This document shows, piece by piece, positions 1-6,101 of a stretch of 12,513 bases of DNA (the stretch's first letter is position 1; every line of letters begins with the position of its first letter). Origin of the DNA: Candidatus Bathyarchaeia archaeon (GTDB lineage: Archaea; Thermoproteota; Bathyarchaeia; Bathyarchaeales; Bathycorpusculaceae); NCBI GenBank assembly GCA_030019335.1, contig JASEET010000003.1, forward strand, positions 7,743 to 20,255, in the 5' to 3' direction. Below the pieces are notes generated by a model, which searched no databases, was not told the DNA's origin, and worked only from the letters and a program-made list of their open reading frames with translations. The position numbers and the translations under genes are program-made.

Positions 1-14
1 AGGATCTCGTCTGA

Positions 15-52
15 CTATAGCTTTTTTATACCCCCTCCCCCCTAGGATTTTC
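15..52 (+). repeat. C-rich ~38-nt motif, copy A (CTATAGCTTTTTTATACCCCCTCCCCCCTAGGATTTTC)
   Basis: Aligns with 11418-11452 in the same orientation: 31 identities over 38 columns, with 4 mismatches and 3 single-nt gaps. Both copies have a T-run followed by ATACCC..CTCCCCC..TA.G..TTTTC. Its 3' end overlaps a 6-bp hairpin, GGATTT(tcag)AAATCC, at 45-60. Confidence 0.6.
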
Positions 53-76
53 AGAAATCCAACTGGCTTTCTACAA

Positions 77-395
77 GGGCTGGCGTGTTGGTTGTAACCC
101 GCCTTCTGTTCGATGTGGCATTCGACTAATCGGGCTACCCGCGCTTTGGGTAGATTCCTCATTAGCGTCTGTTTGCCCTTTCCACTTGCAGGACGGCCGT
201 TTCACCGTTTCGCATCCAACATTCTCAACAACTTAGCATGTTTCATTGGCACCTGCTGGATGGACGTTTCGTTTCTGCTCCGGAGCCAAGGCTCTCACCT
301 TACGCCCTTGTGGACGTTGCAATTCTACGCGTGGGCGGAGTTTCCTCAAGCCTCTTGTATGAGGCTCGAAAGCCACACACCAACTTCGCCAGCCC
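77..395 (-). ncRNA. rnpB: RNase P RNA (archaeal type A-like), ~319 nt
   Basis: On the minus strand, 5' GGGCUGGCG (395-387) pairs with CGCCAGCCC (85-77) to form P1. A CR-I-like GAGGAAACUCCGCCCAC lies at 347-331, GGUGAAACGGCC at 206-195, and a CR-V-like ACAGAAGGCGGGUUAC at 109-94. P4 can form as AAC[U]CCGCC / GGCGGGUU, which differs from the bacterial AAG[U]CCGGG / CCCGGCUU by a compensatory change. The region is a GC-rich island, and the ORFs predicted across it do not look protein-like. Confidence 0.85.
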
Positions 396-487
396 AAATA
401 TAAATAATGCAATCGAGCCCAATAAGAATTTTGGAAGCTTTATTTTGTTGCCTACTTATCTATGAGTGTTAGGTGGATAGCTAAGTT

Positions 488-1075
488 ATGTATAAGCGTG
501 TTATTTTAGTGACTGGAACACCTTGCGTTGGAAAAACTTCGATTGCTCGCTTGCTTGCTTCTAAACTTGATGCTTTTTATGTGAATTTAACCGAGTTGGC
601 TCTGCATGAAAATCTTGTTTTGGGCAGGGATGAGGAGAGAGGCTCCATAATTGTTGATGAAGATCGTATGCGTCGCAGAATCTGTGAAATCATTGAGAAT
701 TGTGATAAAAAAGTTATCATTGTTGATGGTCATTATGCTGTCAGCGGTGTTCCTAAAGAGCTTACAACTTATGTTTTTGTTTTGAGACGTGACCCTGTAG
801 AATTGCGAAAGTTTATGGAGCAGTGTGGTTTTTCTGGGCGTAAGCTTTGGGAGAATCTGGCTTCTGAGATTTTGGATGTTTGCTTGGTTGATGCTTTAAA
901 CGTTCATAGAGAAGGAATAGTCTGTGAGTTGGATGTTTCAGGTAAAAGCGTGGAAGAAATTGTCGGCGAGATTTTGGGCATCTTGAATGGTTCTAAGAAG
1001 TGTCGTGTCGGCGTTGTGGACTGGCTAGGAAAACTGGAAAGTGAAGGCTTGTTAGGGGAGTTTTTAAGAATTTAA
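488..1075 (+). CDS. Fap7/AK6-type putative adenylate kinase (P-loop NTPase involved in small-subunit rRNA maturation)
   Basis: N-terminal Walker A in ILVTGTPCVGKTS, ~195 aa, and the archaeal AK6-like layout with IVDGH, VLRRDP and a C-terminal VDWL. ATG start preceded by AGGTGGA. Confidence 0.8.
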   Translation: MYKRVILVTGTPCVGKTSIARLLASKLDAFYVNLTELALHENLVLGRDEERGSIIVDEDRMRRRICEIIENCDKKVIIVDGHYAVSGVPKELTTYVFVLRRDPVELRKFMEQCGFSGRKLWENLASEILDVCLVDALNVHREGIVCELDVSGKSVEEIVGEILGILNGSKKCRVGVVDWLGKLESEGLLGEFLRI

Positions 1076-1082
1076 TTACGGT

Positions 1083-1451
1083 TTATCTTAAACTCATGGA
1101 TATTCGCTGTTTCGTTAACAGTGTTATTTTTCTTCTGTTTGCATAAGATTTTGCATGGTCGCTGAAATTTTCACCAATGATTATGGGATTCGATAAGCCC
1201 ACATCCTCAGAGGCCTTGTCAAGGTTTATTACAATGTTCACGCCTATGGTTCTCTTCCAGTCTCTAATCCAAACTCCTTGCGCTAAACGTCCTTTCTGAA
1301 CTATTAAATCGAATTTTCTTGAGATTCCGCTGTAGCCGTCTAATGTTGTCATTTCGCGTTCAATTTTGTATCCTTTCTTTCTGAAGTATAGTGTAGCCAG
1401 TTCCATCAAACTTAACCGTGCTTTTGGCTTTGCTTTCTCTCCGGTGCTCAT
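1083..1451 (-). CDS. Small Mrr-like restriction-endonuclease-fold (PD-(D/E)xK) protein
   Basis: 122 aa. The pattern ...KKGYKIE...GYSGISRKFDLIV...VWIRDWKR...IIIGENFSDHAKSYA..RKITLL matches the Mrr_cat layout: a D in FDLIV, a D-x-K in RDWK, and a C-terminal F[ST]xxAxxxA...I.L. ATG start. Confidence 0.6.
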   Translation of the reverse strand: MSTGEKAKPKARLSLMELATLYFRKKGYKIEREMTTLDGYSGISRKFDLIVQKGRLAQGVWIRDWKRTIGVNIVINLDKASEDVGLSNPIIIGENFSDHAKSYANRRKITLLTKQRISMSLR

Positions 1452-1507
1452 TGGTTCTCCTCTTGCATTAGCCTTATTTATCGGAGTGTGGAAAAGGTTT
1501 TCGGATA

Positions 1508-1726
1508 GTGCAAAACATGACGTCCACTTTAATCGTTGTGTGTAGCAGATGCGGCGGATTTTTACTAGCTATGACTGGACAGAAAACAAGAACATGTCCT
1601 TACTGCGGCTTCAAGGTGGACTTAAACAAAGCTAAAAAAGTTGCATCAGCCCAAAACGCCTATGAAGCTTCGGTAACTTTGCGTAAGTTAAAAAAAAGCT
1701 TCTTTTCTAAAACGGAAACGTGTTAG
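1508..1726 (+). CDS. Small zinc-ribbon protein, DUF1922-like (CxxC...CxxC)
   Basis: CSRCG...CPYCG zinc ribbon followed by a basic helical tail, typical of small archaeal DUF1922 proteins. The ORF opens with GTG at 1508, but ATG at 1517 is the more likely start. A TATA-like TTATTTAT lies ~35-45 nt upstream. The stop codon overlaps the stop of the convergent ZIP gene (TTAG at 1723-1726). Confidence 0.6.
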   Translation: MQNMTSTLIVVCSRCGGFLLAMTGQKTRTCPYCGFKVDLNKAKKVASAQNAYEASVTLRKLKKSFFSKTETC

Positions 1727-2478
1727 CCGCCAAGGGCAATCTTAAGGTAAGCCATTAACCCTATACCCAATAAAATGGTCAGAAATTGAATCAGCGACTC
1801 ACCTGTGTGAGATTTTTTGTGAAGTTCCGGCATAAGGTCTGTCGTTGCGATATAAATGAAGCCGCCAGCGGCAAAGGGAACAAGCAAGGTCTCTATGCTT
1901 TGAAGATACGTTAAAAAGTAAGTTGCCATCGCACCTAAAATTGCAGTTATAGCTGAAATGAAGTTGTAAGTTAAAGCTTTTCTTTTGCTTAAGCCTCCAT
2001 AAATTAGGACGCCGAAATCTCCTATTTCCTGTGGAATTTCATGGAAAATCATCGCCAACGTCGTAGTAACGCCAAGGTCGAAAGAGAGCATGAAGGTGGC
2101 AGCAATTATCATCCCATCGATAAAGTTGTGAACTCCGTCTCCGATTAAGTTAAGATACACAAACATGTGAACTGGGCATTCTTTTTCGTGGCAGTGTCGC
2201 CAATAAAGAAACTTTTCCATGGCGAAAAAGGAAACAATGCCGATAATAACGTAATAAAACGTTATTTCCGCGCCCACTTTTGTCTCTGCTTCTGGCAATA
2301 AGTGAAGAAATGCTCCTCCTAAAAGAGTTCCTGAAGCAAAACTCACTAAAGCCGTCAAAATGCGTCTTAGCAATTTCTCTTTTAAGCCTATGAAGATTAT
2401 TCCTACAAAGGATATCAGACTTACTATGGTCACTGAAGCCAAAGTCGCAGTTAACTCATTCATACTTTTTCTGTTCAA
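1723..2478 (-). CDS. zupT: ZIP family divalent metal (zinc) transporter, ZupT-like
   Basis: Polytopic hydrophobic protein carrying the ZIP signatures HNFIDG and HEIPQEIGDFGVL. The ORF opens at TTG 2478; ATG at 2463 (MNELTAT...) is an equally plausible start. Confidence 0.9.
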   Translation of the reverse strand: MNRKSMNELTATLASVTIVSLISFVGIIFIGLKEKLLRRILTALVSFASGTLLGGAFLHLLPEAETKVGAEITFYYVIIGIVSFFAMEKFLYWRHCHEKECPVHMFVYLNLIGDGVHNFIDGMIIAATFMLSFDLGVTTTLAMIFHEIPQEIGDFGVLIYGGLSKRKALTYNFISAITAILGAMATYFLTYLQSIETLLVPFAAGGFIYIATTDLMPELHKKSHTGESLIQFLTILLGIGLMAYLKIALGG

Positions 2479-2508
2479 TTATTTCTTCTTATTAGAATAT
2501 CGGTTACA

Positions 2509-3447
2509 TCAGCTTACTTGTCTAAGCATTTGACATGGTTTACATATCTCTGCGGTTGTTGGTTCCCCACATTTATTGCATTCTTTCAATCCTTCTTTTC
2601 TAACAGCTTTTTCCAGTGCTGGCTGGATTTTCTCTATTGACCTAAAAATTGTGAATTTTATTCCAGCATGTTTCTGTTCCATTCTGTTCAGAAAAATGCG
2701 TATATCGTTTCTCATGGCTTCTGAAGCGTATGGGCATGGCATGCTTTGAAATCTTATTTTTCTTATGTAAGCGTAAAGGGCTGTTTCTTTTTCTGGAACT
2801 TCGCAGAAGGGCTTTATTCTCTGCACAAGCTTTGAGTGTACTTCATCTGTGATGGGTTTCTCTCTTGCTATTCGTAATGCGTCACCGTGAAGAATGTTCA
2901 AAAGAATTGTCTGTGCTTCGTCATCTAGTGTGTGGGCGGTTGCAAACTTGTCTGCTTTGACGTCTCTTGCGGCAATGTTTATTGCTTTTCTTCGTAGAAC
3001 ACCGCAGTATGCGCATGGTGTTAGTCCATCACCGCCTTTTCGTTTCAGACGCTTAACGATTTGGTCTAATGTGTAGCCGTAAAGCTGCTTAAAAGAGACA
3101 ATGTGATGTTTTATGCCGAGTTTTTCGCAGTTTTCCGCCGCCATTTTTATGGCTTTGTCGCGGTATCCCCTGATTCCCTCATCAACGGAAACTGCAACAA
3201 GTGATGCTTTTGGATATTTTTGTTCTATTTTGGCTAGAATATGCAGTAGGCTTAAGCTGTCTTTTCCGCCTGAAACTGCCACAGCAATCCTATCGTTATA
3301 CTCTAGCATTTTATATTTGGCAATGGTAGCCCTAACTTTGTGTTCAATGGATTTGATAAAGCATCGTCTGCAAAGGCTTTCTCCAGAGTACGGTCTAAAA
3401 AAGAATGCTTCTCTTTGTTTGCAAATGGTGCAGATGACAGTGCTCAT
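2509..3447 (-). CDS. TtuA/NcsA (Ncs6/Ctu1)-type tRNA 2-thiouridine synthetase, PP-loop ATPase
   Basis: PP-loop SGGKDS. N-terminal CxxC...CxxC (CTIC...CRRC) and C-terminal CNKC...CKPC zinc fingers. Fe-S ligand cysteines in PCAYCG and PCPY. Confidence 0.85.
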   Translation of the reverse strand: MSTVICTICKQREAFFFRPYSGESLCRRCFIKSIEHKVRATIAKYKMLEYNDRIAVAVSGGKDSLSLLHILAKIEQKYPKASLVAVSVDEGIRGYRDKAIKMAAENCEKLGIKHHIVSFKQLYGYTLDQIVKRLKRKGGDGLTPCAYCGVLRRKAINIAARDVKADKFATAHTLDDEAQTILLNILHGDALRIAREKPITDEVHSKLVQRIKPFCEVPEKETALYAYIRKIRFQSMPCPYASEAMRNDIRIFLNRMEQKHAGIKFTIFRSIEKIQPALEKAVRKEGLKECNKCGEPTTAEICKPCQMLRQVS

Positions 3448-3530
3448 TAAGGTTCACATAGTCTTGATTTGTTTATGGAAATTACTAAAATAACACACGG
3501 ATACAATAGTCTTTTGAGAGAGGTAAGGCT

Positions 3531-4241
3531 ATGGCGAAGAGACATTTGAGGCGCTTGGAATACAGAGAAATAACTTATAGTGTTAGGCGTTGGGCTTTAC
3601 TTGAACGCTTTAGGCAGAAAACCGTGCAGATAATGGAGGCTTTGGAAAAATTCCATTTAGGAACCGTAGTGCATGGCAGTATTGCAAGGGGAGATGTTAC
3701 CAAAAAGAGTGACATAGACGTTTTTATACCATATCAACAGTCGTCTTTTATCGTTGAAACCGCTCTTGAACAGGCGTGCATACCTGTAAATAGGCGTTTT
3801 GTTGTGCAAGCCACACCAACCTATGCTATGAAAGCATACATCGAAACAAGTGAAAACACAAGTGTTTCATTTCCGTTGATGAAAATGCGTGAGGTTGAAA
3901 GAGAATTCTACAGATTTGGCGGGGAGGTCTCACTTAAACAGTTGAGGGATGGCTTGCGAGTTCCCGGGGTAGACAAACGTTTGATGCTGATTGAGCCCAC
4001 CAAGGGAGGGCACAGAGAAAGCACAGCTGTCGGATGTGAAGAGCAAGTTGCCAAATTGCTTGGGATATCTGTTGAAGCTGTTTTGGATCGTGTTCACGCT
4101 CTTTTAAGAAGGGATGATGTTGGTAGAACAGGAGTTTTCATAGAGAAAGAACTGTCTGCGGACGAAACTTTTGAGATGGCTTTGAAAAGGCTTGCAGATC
4201 AGAACCCAGCAGTTCGTAGGCGATTAACAAGTTTGTCTTAA
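3531..4241 (+). CDS. Pol-beta superfamily nucleotidyltransferase domain protein with a helical C-terminal region
   Basis: NTase signature HGSIARGDVTKKSDIDVFI (GS-x10-DxD). The C-terminal segment VAKLLGISVEAVLDRVHALL resembles a helix-turn-helix. ATG start with GAGAGGTAAGG upstream. Confidence 0.7.
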   Translation: MAKRHLRRLEYREITYSVRRWALLERFRQKTVQIMEALEKFHLGTVVHGSIARGDVTKKSDIDVFIPYQQSSFIVETALEQACIPVNRRFVVQATPTYAMKAYIETSENTSVSFPLMKMREVEREFYRFGGEVSLKQLRDGLRVPGVDKRLMLIEPTKGGHRESTAVGCEEQVAKLLGISVEAVLDRVHALLRRDDVGRTGVFIEKELSADETFEMALKRLADQNPAVRRRLTSLS

Positions 4242-4250
4242 AATGTTCTT

Positions 4251-4811
4251 TTATGGATAAAAAATGATTTCGTTTTCTTCCAGTATTTTTTGAAGTTTGT
4301 TTACGGCGTCATAGACTTGTTGCTCTTTTTTTGCGCCTACGCACACGAGTTTTCCAGCTGAGAATATGAGAAAAACCACTTTTGGGTCTTCCATTCTGTA
4401 GACTGCTCCTGGAAACTGTTCAGGTTCGTACATAATTCTTTTAAGTTTGTAAACAACACTTTCCAAGTCTATTTCTCCATTTAATTCTGCAGACGCAACG
4501 ATGTTCTGAATCTGAATCACCGGCTTGTTTTTAACGGGTATTCCATGTTTTCTCAGTTCCTTCGCCACTTTGTTTACTGCTTGCCTTGCTGCTTTCTCTG
4601 ATTTCGCCCCTGTGCAAACCATTTTTCCAGTTTCAAATATTAAGGTGGCTGTTTTCGGCTTTTTTAATCGAAAGACTAGTCCTGGAAAAACTTTTGGACG
4701 GTATTCTGTGTGTGGAAACTTTTCAACTATCAGTTTCAAGTCTATGGTTTGGTTGAGGGATGCTGATGCAACTATGTTTTGGATGCGTATTGAAGGTTTT
4801 CTCTCCGCCAT
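4251..4811 (-). CDS. tbp: TATA-box binding protein
   Basis: Two TBP repeats (IQNIVASASL...VFPGLVFRL...LIFETGKMVCTGAKS and IQNIVASAEL...FPGAVYRM...LIFSAGKLVCVGAKK). 186 aa, ATG start. Confidence 0.95.
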   Translation of the reverse strand: MAERKPSIRIQNIVASASLNQTIDLKLIVEKFPHTEYRPKVFPGLVFRLKKPKTATLIFETGKMVCTGAKSEKAARQAVNKVAKELRKHGIPVKNKPVIQIQNIVASAELNGEIDLESVVYKLKRIMYEPEQFPGAVYRMEDPKVVFLIFSAGKLVCVGAKKEQQVYDAVNKLQKILEENEIIFYP

Positions 4812-4898
4812 TTTTCATCCCGAATCATGTGAGAATATGGTTTTATTTTGTAATTCGACACGATAACTGTTTCTATGCTTTGCATACTAATTAAGCTA

Positions 4899-5990
4899 TT
4901 ATCCATAGAGATTTTGGTGAAATGAGAAGCGGAGAAGTGCGGCTATGCCGCCTAAAGCAATGAGTTTTGTTCCGGCTTCGTGCTCTGTGCTTACAACCAT
5001 TATTTTTCCGCCTTTCTGCTCCACAGTTTTCATTAAATCTTCGAGAAGCAGCCGTTTCTCGTCAGAAGTTTCGCGCAACATGGTATCCGCCAAAACAAGT
5101 TTTTCAACAGCACCTAGATCTGCTGCCTTTTTAACATCTTCAAGCCCGTAAGTAATGTTTGATTCGCCTTTCCCCAGTCTTTTTAAAACTTCTTTCATTG
5201 TTTCCGTTTCTTCAACGATTCGCTGATACTTCATGGTTTTCAAGAGTACGCTCGAGCGTAGAGCCTCGTATATTCCGGCAACCCCGCCGTTGTTGACGCT
5301 CTTTACGTCCACAACCGATTTGGCAACATCTGCTGCCTCATTTTCTAAGAATTTTGCAAAGTCATTTTTTACAAAGCCTACGCCGATGATTGCTATGGGG
5401 CTGCGTGTTGCTGTCCAGATTTGGCGCAGAGTGTTTAGGGCTTTTTTGAAGTATTCGTTTTTGGCTGCATTTCTCTTTTCAGCTTCAAGTTTTCCTGGAA
5501 GCTTTGTTCTCTCTTCTACTTTTACTTCGACGCCGTACTGGGTTGTTGTGGCTATTGCGTAGCCTTCGTCGTCTATGGCAGTTATTATTATGGGTTTTTC
5601 TGATGTTTTGCTTGCTCTTTTCAGTCTTTCAATGTGATGTTTAGCCCATTCTTTCTTGACAATGGTTACTGGCGTGTTTAGGGCAATGTTAAGCGTGTGA
5701 TGTGCACCAATTGGAACGGTTTCCGGAGCTTTACAAATGGTTCCATGAACTCTAAGCCTGCCTAAAAGCTTGTCCCAAGCAATCTTTTCCACTTTAACAC
5801 CTAAGAAGACTGGAACCCGCTGGCCACGTCTGGGTCTTGCATATTTTTCGTCTGGTTTTATTTCACGTGTTGTGTGTGAGTAAACTTCATCATCCTTGTA
5901 AACAATATTATATAAGTGCCATAAATCATCAAACGTTTCTGGAATAGCCTTCACAAAACCTTTCTTCAAATTCATTTCTATAATTTTCAA
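4899..5990 (-). CDS. pelA: Pelota (Dom34) mRNA surveillance / ribosome rescue factor
   Basis: (M)KIIEMNLKKGFVKAIPETFDDLWHLYNIV matches the archaeal Pelota N-terminus (compare M. jannaschii MKII...LIPENLDDLWHL), and the eRF1-like C-terminal domains are present. The ORF stays open to TTG at 6098, but homology begins at TTG 5990. ATG at 5975 is an alternative start. Confidence 0.9.
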   Translation of the reverse strand: MKIIEMNLKKGFVKAIPETFDDLWHLYNIVYKDDEVYSHTTREIKPDEKYARPRRGQRVPVFLGVKVEKIAWDKLLGRLRVHGTICKAPETVPIGAHHTLNIALNTPVTIVKKEWAKHHIERLKRASKTSEKPIIITAIDDEGYAIATTTQYGVEVKVEERTKLPGKLEAEKRNAAKNEYFKKALNTLRQIWTATRSPIAIIGVGFVKNDFAKFLENEAADVAKSVVDVKSVNNGGVAGIYEALRSSVLLKTMKYQRIVEETETMKEVLKRLGKGESNITYGLEDVKKAADLGAVEKLVLADTMLRETSDEKRLLLEDLMKTVEQKGGKIMVVSTEHEAGTKLIALGGIAALLRFSFHQNLYG

Positions 5991-6101
5991 AACCTTGACC
6001 CCTTTTTCGCTAATACTTAACCGTTCAATATTATATTTCACCCTATTAAAAAGTGTTAAAAGTGGGCTTTCTTCAATATTCATTGTTGAAGGCGACAAAC
6101 C
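5991..6101. promoter_or_regulatory. Divergent pelota / polB promoter region with TATA-like boxes
   Basis: AT-rich 111-bp spacer. ATTATATTT (about 6029-6037) reads as AAATATAAT toward pelota. CTATTAAAAAG (about 6043-6053) lies ~50 nt upstream of the polB ATG. There is no experimental support, and positions are approximate. Confidence 0.35.

Noticed and set aside
113-465. ORFs 113-403 (96 aa) and 238-465 (75 aa) on the + strand
   Set aside because: They lie antisense across the RNase P RNA gene. The translations are low-complexity and not protein-like, and the openness of the frame is explained by the GC-rich structured RNA.
1083-1451. Holliday junction resolvase Hjc
   Set aside because: The size and the PD-(D/E)xK core are compatible. 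However, the C-terminal half (IIIGENFSDHAKSYA..RKITLL) follows the Mrr_cat pattern rather than Hjc, and the Hjc N-terminal KG..ERE motif is absent.
3531-4241. CD-NTase (CBASS), or the MNT toxin-antitoxin nucleotidyltransferase
   Set aside because: At 236 aa it is too short for a CD-NTase and too long for a minimal MNT. No effector or HEPN partner gene is adjacent, and the context is housekeeping.
2894-5562. ORFs 2894-3076, 3113-3493, 4525-4866, 4945-5151 and 5233-5562 (+)
   Set aside because: They lie antisense to the well-supported TtuA/NcsA, TBP and Pelota genes and have no recognisable motifs.
5991-6098. N-terminal extension of the Pelota ORF (MSPSTMNIEESPLLTLFNRVKYNIERLSISEKGVKV)
   Set aside because: Homology to Pelota starts at the TTG-encoded MKII at 5990. 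The extension would remove the whole divergent promoter region and would start 3 nt from the polB ATG.
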